Shown: positions 49,934 to 61,002, numbered from the stretch's first letter. The stretch is 64,000 bases of DNA from an uncultured Planctomycetota bacterium (GCA_963719315.1 CAVRBU010000003.1:128001-192000); one strand, 5' to 3'. Made by a program: numbers and translations. Notes: a model not told the origin generated them from the letters alone.

Positions 49934-52227
49934 TTACCATTCGTAGGTCTCATCCCCGAGATTAATCACAACGGGCTCATCCAGCGCCAAGTACTGAGCC
50001 ACATGCTTGCCGTAGCGCTCGACAAGGTCGAAATACTCGCGGCTGAATCGCACGATCTTCTTGGCCGATTTTTCCTGCTCTGCCGTGACGCTCGAATCGA
50101 CGAGCCGATTGCCGCGCTCGAAAAACGTCTTGCGGCCGATCTGGCGACAATTCGCGGCAACTTCTTTCTTGTCGCTCTTGGCGTCGTAGTACGTGACGTT
50201 CCCGCCAAAAAAACCGCCGCCGGCTTGTCGCATGGCGATCGGTTCATTGACGGAGGGTAGACCACTGGCCGCCGCTGCCGGCGCCGAGGCGCCGTCTGCA
50301 GGGCCAACTTCGCGCCGCGTTGCGAGAACGCATATCGGCCGGACGTTTCGCCGAGCGCCTCGGATTCGCTCAGCGCGCGGCTGCGGTTGATTGCAACGTC
50401 GCGCACATCGCTGTTTTCGTCGGCCAGGAAGGATGTGTACGGCGTCAGAATGCCGTGCTCCGTCGCCAACGCCACGAGCTCTTTCACAAGTTCTTCATTC
50501 CGGCCTTTGAGATCGAGCTCGTCGATGATCTCGCCCACCCGGCGCGTGGCCCACAGCTTGGCGACAAACGCGTTGGTATCGTCGCGGCTCTTCTCGACGA
50601 GGTCGGCTGGGAAATCGAAAGTTTTCTCCTCGTCGCCGATTTTCCCCTTCAGCATCACCTTCGCCTTGCCGTTAGAGTGATAGCGGCCGACGAGCACGAC
50701 CTGGTCGCCGGCGAACAAGTCGAATTCGCCTTTGGGATAGATGCGATTGACGGGCGGAGCACCATTCGAATCGGCGTCCACGTCGACGGTGACCGTCACG
50801 CCGGTCATCACCGGTGCGCCGATTTTGCGGTAGAGTGCGCTGACCGTGGCCTCGATGTCTTCGTTCGGCCGCACATATTGGCTGAGGCCGAAGTTCGCAC
50901 GGGCCAGTTTGTCGAGCAGCCTACTGTTGACGTCGTAGCCCACGCCGAATGTGAACACGCGGGCTCGCACAGCGTTCGCTTCTTCGCTGTGCTTGACGAT
51001 CGCGGCTTCGCCCGTTTCGCCCGTCGTCGGCAGCCCGTCGGTGAGAAACAGTACGTACGTAGGCCGTTTGTTGTCTTTCAACATTTCGAGTGCCCGCTTG
51101 AGTGCGCCGTCGATATTGGTGTTGCCGCCGGCGTACAGGCCATCAACGAAGCCGATCGCCGTGGCACGCGTTTCGTCGTTGAACTTTTCCAACTCGGGCT
51201 TGAAAGTGGAGATTTCGCTGTCGTAGGCCACGATGTTGAACAGATCGCCTACGCGCAAGTTATTGAGCACGAATTTCGCCGCCCCCTTGGCTTGTTCGAT
51301 TTTTTCGCCGCTCATGCTCCCGGAGCGATCAACTACGAACATTACGGTTTTGGCGACAGGTTTATCGTCGACTGCTTTCAATTCGGGGCTGGCAAGCATC
51401 AGAAAATATCCGTCCTCGTTCGTTTTCGGTCGATAGCTGACGACGCTGGCCGCCACGGGTTCGTCACCCGTATCGTAAAACAGGCGAAAGTCTTCGCCCG
51501 GCACGATTTTCTTGGCCACGTACTTGACGACGGCGTGCTTCTTGTCGGGCCGCTCGATGTCGACGGTGTGCTTGGCCGAGTAAACGTTCTTGATCAACGT
51601 GCTGCTTTCGATCGCCAGTCGCACGCTGAGCTTTTCGACGGGCTCGCTCGTGTACTTCGCTGTGCTCAGCGGGAAATCGAAATCAGAAAGGCCGTAGTTC
51701 TTCCGCAACAGCTGCGAGTATTTGAGCGTCACCGTCCGCTTCGCGCCGGCCGGAATCGGAAAGACGCTCGTTTGGAACATGCCCGTGCCGACCCACTCCA
51801 GCAGGGCGGGATCGCGATTCTTCCGCACGATCTCTTCGTACCGCCGCCGCGCGTCTTCTTTTGAGAGCAGCTTCGCTTCAAACTCCTTGCCGTCCACCAG
51901 AAGAGTGAGTTGGTCGATCGCGCCATCGTATGGCAGCGGAAACATGAAGCAGACTTCCATCGGCACGCTTCCGGTATTCTCGAACGACTGCATGACCTGA
52001 ACGCGAGCTATCTGATCGTCGAGTTTGGCGTTCACTTCAATCGCGTCGATCTTGTAGCTCGACGGCGGCTGTGGCACAACGTGCGGCGGACGGGGAATGG
52101 GGCGCGGCAAGCGAATCGATTGATCGACCTGCACATCAACCAGAACGCCCTGGGCGATGGCGCTCGTTGCGCACGCATACAACGCCAGGCCACACACGGT
52201 CGCTGAGAGAAGATAACGTCGGATCAT
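49934..52227 (-). CDS. secreted VIT + vWA domain protein, frameshift near 50285
   Basis: VIT (FPLP..AI..L....AR..YE.IV...DPALLE), MIDAS DRSGSMS, LFLTDGLPT, FGVGYDVN, ILTPYTSFL. Confidence 0.92.
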
Positions 52228-52269
52228 GGGTCAAATCTCCTTCGATGAGCGCGGGAGCTTTCTCCCGTG

Positions 52270-52293
52270 GTAGCGGAATTCGCAAGGATTCCG
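52270..52293. repeat. GTAG-REP family copy
   Basis: GTAGCGGAATTCGCAAGGATTCCG. Confidence 0.7.
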
Positions 52294-52713
52294 ACGTTTC
52301 TCACTACTATGTTGTCCCCCCTACCGTCTGAAGTCTTGCGGCTTCAGCTGCGGGTTCAGAAAAACGCCTCAAAATTAGACGACGGCCACGGTCGGAAAGT
52401 TTCGAGCCGCTGCGAAACTACGCATGTTCCGCAATTTTCCTAAGCTGCGGGATGAATTTCACTTGCGATTTGGCCGCAAATTCACGATGATCCGCCTCCA
52501 TACCGCTACTGAAGGCAAGCCGCGGCATCCCTGCCGCGTCTGCCTCTTCATGGACGAGCACCTCGATTCGCGAACCCTGCGAATGCGGCCCATTTGCGTC
52601 GTATTTGCGGGAATTAGCTGCACCGACATGGGCAACGACACCCGTCCTCCGTGGAGAGCACCTGAAATAGCCTGGACCGACGCACGGACTACCGTGAAGC
52701 CCCAGTTAATTCG

Positions 52714-53643
52714 ATGAAGGTTAGGCAAATTATTCTGACGCCGGCCGTCCTCTTGGTGGCCGGCACATGGTCGGCGGCCCAACAGTACGCCCCGTCCGCG
52801 CGCCGATGGCGACGCCTTACCCCGTAGCGACGTCTCCCGCCGTCGTAAATGCTCAGCCGTATTTGCAGCCATCGACGGTTGTTGCCCAGCCCAGCCCGCA
52901 AGGAATACCCATCTACCCTCCAGGCTCGACGGTCGTGCCGTTGCCGAGTCAAACGCCCGGCTCGATCTTCGGTCCGCCTTCTGTTTTGCCGGGAGCGCCT
53001 GTCGTCACAGTACCGCAAGGAACGGTTGGCCCCGAGCAATTGCCGCCGCCCCCCAGTGTAGCGCCCGTCCTAGTCGGACCGGGAGTGCCTGCAGTCGCGA
53101 TACCCGGCCCCGCGAATCCGATTTCGGTGCCCGTCGTGGATGATGAACTGGCGTGGGATCAAATTGCCGACGTTGTGAGCGACTACTTTACGATCGCGCG
53201 CGAACAGCGCGCGGCGCGGCGGTGATGGATTGCTGACCGAAGGCTGCATCCAAACCGTTCCGCAGGACGGTGCAACGGTGCTTGAGCCGCACCGCATGGA
53301 TTCGGTCGGCAGCTTCAATCGTTGGGAAAGCACGTTTCAATCCATCCGCCGGCGGGCCACAGTGCGCGTCGTGCCCGATGCAAATGGATACCTGGTGGAA
53401 GTGATCGTGGAGAAAGAATTGGAAGACCTGGCAAAGCCGGAGAAGTCGACGGCCGGCGCGGCGACGTTTCGCAACGACGGCTCGCTCCCCAGCAGCCGAT
53501 TGGAAGAAGTCAGCCGCACGCGCCAATCCCAGCGTTGGATTTCACTGGGACGCGATCCTGCTCTGGAGCAGCGCATGTTGGCCGACATTCATGCGCGGCT
53601 GAACGGCATCACGAGCAGCCGGGTTTCCTTGTTCAAGCAATAA
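52714..53643 (+). CDS. planctomycete secreted Pro-rich hypothetical protein, frameshifts near 52800 and 53220
   Basis: signal MKVRQIILTPAVLLVAGTW, Pro-rich linker, WDQIADVVSDYF, ESTFQSIRRRA.VRV..VEV.VEKELED, GRDPALEQ. Confidence 0.72.
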
Positions 53644-53944
53644 CGGATTCAGCCGTGCTAGCAGTGCGCTCGATCGCCCAGAAAACTTTCCGAGACTCAC
53701 CTGTAATAACCATGAAAGCCGACAGGAGGGCGTCGACGTTGCTCAATCGCTGTAACGGGGCAACACAGCACGCGTTGATGTTTAGTCGACGCCCCCGGCT
53801 GCATCACATGTCTCTAATTACTATTGCCATCGTAATTCTGGTTCGCTAGTTTACTCACCCAATCGAGTGCCAATCATGCAGGTGAAACATTGGAACTGTG
53901 AGGGATCGCAAACGATCCCGGAAAAATCGAGACGAGACCCACTG

Positions 53945-54643
53945 ATGCCCGAACTTATGCGGCCGTTGGCCGAAAGCGCATCCCATCAACTGGCCCGCGA
54001 ACGCTTTGGCCGCGATTCACTTGCCAAAATGTATCCGTCGGAGTACAGCACCCGGTGGCGCGACCGGCGCGAAAAAGCATGCATCCTCGATTGTCTGAAT
54101 GCAATCCCCGCGGGTAGCAAGGTGCTGGACCTGCCGTGCGGTACGGGCCGGATGACGAAACTGCTCTTGGAACGTGGCTATCGCGTAACGTCCGCCGATG
54201 CGTCGGAGGCAATGCTCGCACGAGCTCGGGAGAACTATGCCGCATATCGGAGCCAGCATACACAAGCGCCTGAGGTGCCATTCAGTCTGCGCGACGTATT
54301 GGCCACTGGCTTCGGAACAGACGAGTTCGACGGCGTGAGTTGCATCCGCCTGTTTCATCACTTCAGCGAGTCCGAAACGCGCCGCCAGGCGTTGCGGGAG
54401 TTGCGGCGAATTTGTCGTGGGCCAATCGTGGTGACGTTTCTCAATTCGTTTGCGCTTGATCGCTATTCGTCGTGGCTGAAGGCACGGATTCGCCGCCGTA
54501 AGCCAGAGAATCAGCGGCCGATTCCTTTCAAGACCTTTGCCGCTGATATCGAAGCGGCCGGCCTTGAAATCGACAAAAAAGTCGCCGCCCATTGGGGCAT
54601 TTCGTCCCGTTGGTTTCTGGTCCTGAGCCGACGCACAGCTTAG
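53945..54643 (+). CDS. class I SAM-dependent methyltransferase (WarA-like)
   Basis: VLDLPCGTGR motif I, ADASEAML, CIRLFHHF..R.ALRELRR. Confidence 0.88.
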   Translation: MPELMRPLAESASHQLARERFGRDSLAKMYPSEYSTRWRDRREKACILDCLNAIPAGSKVLDLPCGTGRMTKLLLERGYRVTSADASEAMLARARENYAAYRSQHTQAPEVPFSLRDVLATGFGTDEFDGVSCIRLFHHFSESETRRQALRELRRICRGPIVVTFLNSFALDRYSSWLKARIRRRKPENQRPIPFKTFAADIEAAGLEIDKKVAAHWGISSRWFLVLSRRTA

Positions 54644-54679
54644 CGGCCGCGAACTCGGCCTCGCTGCAAGGATTGTCGC

Positions 54680-55442
54680 GTGAGCTATCACTCCCGGTTT
54701 GCGTCCGAAGAAACGGCGAAGCTGTTCGCGGCGAACGGGCTGCGCAATCTCGACGATGCATTTTCCGTAGGCGAAGCTGTGGGAGAGCAACATCACCGAC
54801 GGGCGACTCGCCACCAAAACAAGCATGTCGTGAAGTTCGAACTGGCGGCGCCGAGCAGTGTGACCTCGGTATATATCAATGCGCCAGCGGCGCCGAGAGA
54901 GGTGGCTGCCGCGACCGACCGACATCCGTCATCGAATCAATTTACAGTGCTCTCCAGTGCACGAGTGGCGCGGGTTGAAGATTCTCGAGTCTGCCGGGTT
55001 CGACGTATCGGAGCCGTTGGCCGTGTTTTGGAGTGGCTGGGGACTTGCCCGCGGTGCGGTGGTCACCCGGGCGGTTCCGCCCCGCCTGTCGATGGCGGAC
55101 CTGCTGCACAGCGGCGAACTCGAAGCAATGTCAGCGGCACGCCGCAGCGCATTGATCGATGCGGCCGTGAATGTTGTCGTTCGCCTTCAGCGATCCCGCA
55201 TCTCGTGGCGCTCAATGAAGGCAAAGCACTTTTATCCCGAAGAGATACCCGACGGGAGCTGGCGAATCTGGCTCATCGACTGCGAAGGCGTATACCGCTG
55301 GGCCAGCCGGCGCGATTGCGAGCGCGAATGGCAAACGTACTTGAAGTGCTTCACGGCACACGCACCCACATTGCGAGAGGCATTCCTTTCGGCATACGCT
55401 CGTGCGCTGATCGCCGAATTCGGCCTAAAGAAAACCGCATAA
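54680..55442 (+). CDS. lipopolysaccharide kinase InaA/Kdo-WaaP family, frameshift near 54878
   Basis: VYI(K)RQ, SPVHEW..L..L...GF.V.EPLA, WRSMKAKHFY, WLIDCE. Confidence 0.78.
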
Positions 55443-55508
55443 CACTTGGCGTTTCGATAAGCGCCGAATCGATCGACGAATTCACTATCAACTTATTAGG
55501 TCTGGAAC

Positions 55509-56246
55509 ATGGCTCTCAGTGAAGAATTTCAAGCGCAGGGACAATGGCTGTTTCGCTGGCGAAGTTATTTGCCGCTGGCCATTGCGCCCCTGCTGGTCTT
55601 CGCCGTCGTTCAGGCTGACGGAACATTCGAGACTCGGGCTCACGAAGTGAGCGAGTATGTGGGCTTCGCCATCTCGATAATCGGCCTATTGGTCCGCGTG
55701 ATCACGGTTGGCCACACGCCGGCCGGCACCTCGGGTCGTAATTCCAAGCATCAAATTGCCGACCAATTGAATACGACCGGAATCTATTCGATCGTGCGAC
55801 ATCCTTTGTACTTGGGAAACTATCTCATTGGCCTCGGAATTTCGACAGTTTTGCTGGTGTGGTGGCTACCGGTGATCTATTCGCTGATGTTCTGGATTTA
55901 CTACGAGCGAATCATGTATGCCGAGGAAGCGTACTTGCGACAGAAGTTTGGCGCGGACTATTTGAAATGGGCGGCGCAAACGCCGGCATTCTTGCCGCGA
56001 TTCACACAATGGCGAAAGCCAAACTTGCCGTTCTCGTGGCTCAACGTGCTGGGGCGAGAATATTCCGGTTTAACCGTCGTGGTGTTGGGTCACTGCGGAC
56101 TCGAATGCCTGGAATTGCTCGTCCAACAACATCGAATCGTGTGGGAAACCTTTTGGGCAACCGTGCTCTTTAGTGGCTTGATTGCCTACTTCGCGTTGCG
56201 ACACTTGAAACGGAATACGGCCCTGTTGGAAGTGCCCGGCAGATAA
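55509..56246 (+). CDS. ICMT-family membrane methyltransferase, LmtA-like (lipid A phosphate methyltransferase)
   Basis: MAL.EEF..QG.WLFRWRSYLP, TSGRN...Q.A..LNTTGIYS.VRHPLYLGN, YYERIM.AEE.YL..KFG. Confidence 0.85.
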   Translation: MALSEEFQAQGQWLFRWRSYLPLAIAPLLVFAVVQADGTFETRAHEVSEYVGFAISIIGLLVRVITVGHTPAGTSGRNSKHQIADQLNTTGIYSIVRHPLYLGNYLIGLGISTVLLVWWLPVIYSLMFWIYYERIMYAEEAYLRQKFGADYLKWAAQTPAFLPRFTQWRKPNLPFSWLNVLGREYSGLTVVVLGHCGLECLELLVQQHRIVWETFWATVLFSGLIAYFALRHLKRNTALLEVPGR

Positions 56247-56260
56247 TCCTGAGCCTGAAT

Positions 56261-57088
56261 TCAACGAGTGGAATTAGCTTCCGACGCTGGAATCCCCAGC
56301 CGTGGCAACGGCAGCGCCGTTGCCGTCGTATCCACCTTAGCGATCGGCAACTTGAGCGTGAATGCCGTGCCGACGCCGACGGTACTCTCAACGCGGATTT
56401 TTCCTTGATGCGATTCAATGATTTCGCGGCACATGGCGAGCCCGACGCCTGTGCCCCCTTTGCCGCTCGAGTCGGGGCCCGACTTAGTCGTGTAGTAGCG
56501 GTCAAAGATTTTTGGCAGCGCAGCGGCTGGTATGCCGCCGCCCGAATCGCGGACCGTCAGGTCGACGGTGTTGGCCGTCGTGTCCGGCGCAACACGGATG
56601 AGGATTCGGCCGCCGCGCGGCATGGCTTGCCGGGCGTTAGTCAGCAGATTGAGCAACACCTGCTGAATTTCGTTGCCGCTAACTAGCGCCAGCGGCACAG
56701 GCTCGAACTGCACTTCGATCAGAATGCGGTACTTCTGCATCTCGCGCTCCAGGAGCACGAGCGATGAATCGATCAACTTGGCCAGATCGGTGGGTATGCG
56801 CTCGTGACCGCGGTTGCGGGCGATGCCCAGCACGCCGTTGGTGATCTTTTCCGCCCTGCCGGCGGCAGCCAGAATTTTCGTCAGCGCTTTGTCGCGCGAC
56901 GCTTCATCTTTGTGTCGCAGGCCCAGCTTGGCGTAATTGATGATCGTCGTGAGTACATTATTGAATTCGTGAGTGGTCGTACTCACGAGCTCCCCCAGGG
57001 CGGCCATTCGCCGCGCATGGCGTAGCTCGGCTTCGAGCAGTTCCAGTTTGCGTTCGAGATCAGAGGAGTTGTCGGTCATGTAGTGCAA
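56261..57088 (-). CDS. cytoplasmic histidine kinase without sensor domain
   Basis: HEFNNVL H-box, QVLLNLLTNA N-box, DSGGGI, GTGVGL, GTAF. Confidence 0.93.
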   Translation of the reverse strand: MHYMTDNSSDLERKLELLEAELRHARRMAALGELVSTTTHEFNNVLTTIINYAKLGLRHKDEASRDKALTKILAAAGRAEKITNGVLGIARNRGHERIPTDLAKLIDSSLVLLEREMQKYRILIEVQFEPVPLALVSGNEIQQVLLNLLTNARQAMPRGGRILIRVAPDTTANTVDLTVRDSGGGIPAAALPKIFDRYYTTKSGPDSSGKGGTGVGLAMCREIIESHQGKIRVESTVGVGTAFTLKLPIAKVDTTATALPLPRLGIPASEANSTR

Positions 57089-57528
57089 TGGTGTTAGCTA
57101 TTGGCCAGGGTGGGTGAGGTTGGGGGCTCAAGGACGATAGGAAGGAATTAGGATGTGGCTGCAGGGAGAAAAATGGCAATGCTGTCTTCCGTCCCGCATC
57201 CTTTACTCGGCATCCTTCCCAGCCTACTGCTAGCTTCCCTCAAAGTCCTCACACATTCGCCTTCCGCCGCAGGAGGGTTCTCTTGCCGGGTCTAGTTGTC
57301 TTAACCTGTTGCTGCCAAAACGCTTGCGTCATAGCCGTTGTATCGTCGTATCTGCCTAGCCGACTGTAACACGGAGCGATAGAATCTGCCCCCTTTTAGC
57401 CGAGTGTAAAGAACAGAAAGATTCAGGTCGAATACTGCGGCCCTAGCAAAGGCTTGCTTTGCCAAGACGCCGCTCGGCTCGATTACGGTGTGCTCTGTCG
57501 AGCCGCGGCAACTACTAGGAGTGCGAGG

Positions 57529-57789
57529 ATGCATACGGTGGAAATGTTGCAAGAAGCAGTGGATACCGCGCGTCGGCTCGGGTACGAAGTCCGGCAAGAT
57601 TGGTTGGGTGGAAACGGCGGTGGTCACTGCCTGGTCCGCGGTCGTAAGTGGCTGCTGCTGGATGTGGCCCAGACGGTCGATGAGCAGCTCGATGTCGTGG
57701 CCGATGCGCTCCGCGACGAAAACGGCGCCTACCGAGCAGTGCGATCACCCGAGTTAGTATTGCGGCTGCATTTACGCACTGCGGCCTGA
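57529..57789 (+). CDS. small conserved hypothetical protein
   Basis: MHTVEML.EA..ARRLGY.VRQDWLGG.GGG.C..RG.KW..LD; AGGAG upstream. Confidence 0.75.
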   Translation: MHTVEMLQEAVDTARRLGYEVRQDWLGGNGGGHCLVRGRKWLLLDVAQTVDEQLDVVADALRDENGAYRAVRSPELVLRLHLRTAA

Positions 57790-57821
57790 GCGCGTGGTAC
57801 GAAGACAAGCCTCGTTGGCCG

Positions 57822-58421
57822 TCATCGCTGTGTGTAAACGGCTTTTTCTGCAATGTAGTCGGCGACTGCATCAGGTATAAGACTATCGCATTGTTGGCCG
57901 CCGGCAATCCGGCTGCGAATCTCGGTGCTACTGATGTCAAGCCGCTGCATTTCAATCAGTCGTGGCTGCGTGGCCGGAGTACAGAGCGGCGCGAGCACAG
58001 CCAGGTCGGGCTCCGGCTCACCGGCGCGGCGAACCACCAGCGGCGTGGATAGGCGAAAGACTTGGCGCGGCTCTTTCCAGCGGGCAACGTCGCGCAGTGC
58101 GTCCGACCCGATCAGAAAAAAAAACGCCGCATCTGGGAGTTCTTCGCGAAGCTGTCGCAGCGTGTCAACGGAATAACTTAGGCCGCCGCGATCGATTTCG
58201 ACCGTGCAAACGCGCCACGTGCTCTCGTCACGAATCGCCAGGCGCAGCATTTCGACCCGTTGATGGTCGGTCGCGTGTGGACCTTGACGCTTGAGCGGTT
58301 GCACTGCCGTCGGCACAAACCAGACTTCGTCCAACGCAACCTGACGTTGGCTCGCTCGGGCCAACGCCAAATGGCCGTTATGCACCGGATCGAAGCTACC
58401 GCCAAAAATACCGAGACGCAT
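57822..58421 (-). CDS. nadD: nicotinate-nucleotide adenylyltransferase
   Basis: GIFGGSFDPVHNGH, SYSVDTL, FLIGSD..W, ISSTEIR. Confidence 0.97.
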   Translation of the reverse strand: MRLGIFGGSFDPVHNGHLALARASQRQVALDEVWFVPTAVQPLKRQGPHATDHQRVEMLRLAIRDESTWRVCTVEIDRGGLSYSVDTLRQLREELPDAAFFFLIGSDALRDVARWKEPRQVFRLSTPLVVRRAGEPEPDLAVLAPLCTPATQPRLIEMQRLDISSTEIRSRIAGGQQCDSLIPDAVADYIAEKAVYTQR

Positions 58422-58425
58422 GGAA

Positions 58426-58588
58426 GTCAAGAGCTAAGGGTCGAGGGTCGAGGGTCGAGAGTTAAGGGTCGAGTGCAGGAGGTGAGTGCAGGCAATAGTT
58501 GCCCGTGCCTGCAAGCGTTACGATACCATTTGTCGTCCCGGAGGCGTTAGGCCTCGTTTTCTGGCCCTCAACCCTCAGCCCTTGACCT
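58426..58588. repeat. inverted pair of heptamer tandem repeats (GTCGAGG)n
   Basis: GGGTCGAGGGTCGAGGGTCGAGAG.. and CTGGCCCTCAACCCTCAGCCCTTGAC. Confidence 0.75.
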
Positions 58589-58594
58589 CCTCCC

Positions 58595-60895
58595 ATGCCC
58601 TACCAGCAATCACTCTTCGATACCGCGCCCGCGCCGTGGGAAGTGGATGATGCGGCGGAGGCACTCGTGGCCACCGTGGTGATGCCGGGCGGGCCAGAGG
58701 GCGAATTCGATTATCGGGTGCCGCTGGAGATGCTTGAACCTACGCGGCCTGACCGACGGCTCGAACCTGGCCGCCGCGTGCGTGTGCCACTGGGCCGAGG
58801 TAATCGAAGCGTCGTGGGCTATTGTGTGGCGGTCGGCACCAAGCCGACCGGCGGGCGGAAGCTGAAGACGATTGCCAGCATCGTCGATCGCCAATCGCTC
58901 ATCTCGCCTGCTTTGGTGCGTCTCGCCCGCTGGATGGCGGATTACTATTTGTGCCCTTTGGGCCACGCGCTCGAGGCAATCGTTCCGGCCGGAGTGCGGC
59001 ACGAAGTAGGTGCCCGCGATGTGAAGTTCCTGGCCGCGGCGCCCAACGCTCCGGAACGAATCGCCGAGCTGAAACTCTCTCCCAAGCAAGCGGCTGTCAT
59101 GGTGCGGCTGATTGCCAGCGATCGACCGGTCACCGCTAAGCAGCTTGCGGCCCAAGCGGCTTGCACACTCGCGCCGATTAATGAACTGCGCAAAAAAGGG
59201 CTGATCGTTATGACGGTCGAGCGGCAGAACACCGACCGGCTGGAAGAAGAGGCGGCGCCACGGCAGCTCGACCTCGAATTGAACCCCGATCAAGTGCAGG
59301 CGCTCGCCGCGATTCGCGGAGCGCTCGAAGCGGCAATGCATCGCACGATTCTCATTCACGGCGTCACCGGCAGCGGCAAGACAGAAGTCTACATCCAGGC
59401 AATCCAAGAAGTCGTGCGCTACGGCCGGCAAGCTATTTTGCTGGTGCCGGAAATCAGCCTTACGCCGCAAACGGTCGGCCGGTTTCGCGCCCGGTTCGAT
59501 CGGGTCGCCGTGCTGCACAGCCATTTGAGCGACGTGGAGCGACACGAGCATTGGCGACGAATTGCCCGCGGCGATGTGGAAGTCATCGTTGGCGCACGCA
59601 GCGCGATCTTCGCCCCCACGCCACACCTGGGCCTGATCGTGCTCGATGAGGAGCACGAATCCACGTTTAAGCAGGAGTCGGCTCCTCGTTATCACGCCCG
59701 CGATGTGGCCGTGCGCCGTGCCGCCGACCAAAATGTGCCGCTCGTGCTGGCCAGTGCGACGCCCTCGCTGGAAAGCTGGCACCGGGCCCAACGCGGCGAA
59801 TTTCAACTTGTGGAGATGCCGCGCCGGGTCCTTGATCTGCCGATGCCGGTCGTGCGCACAATCGACTTGCGAAACGAAGTGCACAACAAGTTGTCGCGCG
59901 GCGCCATCAGTCGGCCGCTGCACCGCGCGATGGAAGAAGCGCTGCGTGAGGGTGGGCAGGTGATCTTGCTCCTCAATCGTCGTGGACATTCCACGCACAT
60001 CCAATGCCCGTCCTGTGGCCATTCGCTTCGCTGCCCGGCCTGCGACCTCGCGCTCACGTTCCATCGGCAAGATAGCTCGGCCATGTGCCATTACTGCGAC
60101 TATCACTCAACCGCGCCTACCAAATGCCCGAACTGCAATTACCCCGGCATCCGTTTCAGTGGACTCGGCACGCAAAAACTTGAAGCCGAAGTGCGAGCGC
60201 GGTTTCCCGATTTCCCGTGCCTGCGGATGGATACCGATAGCATGCGCGGCCGCGGCAGCCACGAGCAGGCGCTCACAGAGTTTCGCGAAGGGCGACAGCG
60301 AATTCTGCTCGGCACGCAGATGATCGCCAAGGGGCTCGACTTTCCGAATGTTACGCTCGTGGGCGTCGTGAATGCGGACACGGCGATGCACTTACCCGAC
60401 TTCCGCGCGGCCGAGCGGACTTTTCAACTCGTGACGCAGGTCGCCGGTCGCACCGGCCGCGGACCGAAGGGCGGGCGCGTGTTGGTGCAAACCCTGTCGC
60501 CCGATGCGCCCGCGATCGTTGCCGCAGTCCGCCACGACTTGCCCGGATTCGCCGCCCAGGAATTGCCGCATCGCGAAGCGCTCGGTTATCCGCCCTATTC
60601 GGCGATGATTCGGATCGTCATACGCGGTGTGAGCGAACGCGCTTCGCACACGCTGGCCGAGGAATTGGCGCGACGCTTGCACGCGAGCGGAGATTGTGAG
60701 ACGCCCGCAGTTCGCATCCTTGGTCCCGCGCCTGCGCCGATGGCCAAGCTGCGCGATAACTTTCGATTCCAAATCCAACTGCAATCGCCGGATGGCGAAC
60801 AACTTCGCAATCTCGTCCGCCGCGTGACGGCCGGCTTGAAACCGCCGGATAACGTGGCCTGGATCGCGGATGTCGACCCGCTCGATATGATGTAG
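58595..60895 (+). CDS. priA: primosomal protein N' (replication restart helicase)
   Basis: GVTGSGKTEVY, LVPEISLTPQ, DEEHE, SATPSLES, NRRG, Cys-rich region, GTQMIAKGLDF, QVAGRTGR. Confidence 0.99.
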   Translation: MPYQQSLFDTAPAPWEVDDAAEALVATVVMPGGPEGEFDYRVPLEMLEPTRPDRRLEPGRRVRVPLGRGNRSVVGYCVAVGTKPTGGRKLKTIASIVDRQSLISPALVRLARWMADYYLCPLGHALEAIVPAGVRHEVGARDVKFLAAAPNAPERIAELKLSPKQAAVMVRLIASDRPVTAKQLAAQAACTLAPINELRKKGLIVMTVERQNTDRLEEEAAPRQLDLELNPDQVQALAAIRGALEAAMHRTILIHGVTGSGKTEVYIQAIQEVVRYGRQAILLVPEISLTPQTVGRFRARFDRVAVLHSHLSDVERHEHWRRIARGDVEVIVGARSAIFAPTPHLGLIVLDEEHESTFKQESAPRYHARDVAVRRAADQNVPLVLASATPSLESWHRAQRGEFQLVEMPRRVLDLPMPVVRTIDLRNEVHNKLSRGAISRPLHRAMEEALREGGQVILLLNRRGHSTHIQCPSCGHSLRCPACDLALTFHRQDSSAMCHYCDYHSTAPTKCPNCNYPGIRFSGLGTQKLEAEVRARFPDFPCLRMDTDSMRGRGSHEQALTEFREGRQRILLGTQMIAKGLDFPNVTLVGVVNADTAMHLPDFRAAERTFQLVTQVAGRTGRGPKGGRVLVQTLSPDAPAIVAAVRHDLPGFAAQELPHREALGYPPYSAMIRIVIRGVSERASHTLAEELARRLHASGDCETPAVRILGPAPAPMAKLRDNFRFQIQLQSPDGEQLRNLVRRVTAGLKPPDNVAWIADVDPLDMM

Positions 60896-60897
60896 AC

Positions 60898-61002
60898 AGA
60901 GGGTCGAGAGTCGAGGGTCCAGGGTCGAGGGCCAGAATCGCACAAATAGCGAATGACAGCACAATCGATCGCTCTCTGGCTCTCGACTCTCGACCCTCGA
61001 CC
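60898..61002. repeat. inverted pair of heptamer tandem repeats (GTCGAGR)n
   Basis: GGGTCGAGAGTCGAGGGTCCAGGGTCGAGGGCCAGA .. TCTGGCTCTCGACTCTCGACCCTCGACC. Confidence 0.85.

Noticed and set aside
5590..54880. About 16 frameshifts (glnD x2, pduO, HlyD, permease x2, DUF3160, DUF3500, VIT-vWA, LPS kinase and others) as pseudogenes or programmed frameshifts
   Set aside because: They hit unrelated, otherwise intact genes, several at GCGC runs or homopolymers, with no slippery-site pattern; most likely long-read consensus errors. Read polishing would decide.
6604..60106. Long antisense ORFs over guaB (6604-7935), VIT-vWA (50320-51864), EF-hand/DUF1501 (45101-46501) and priA (58610-60106)
   Set aside because: Codon-bias shadows of well-supported genes on the other strand.
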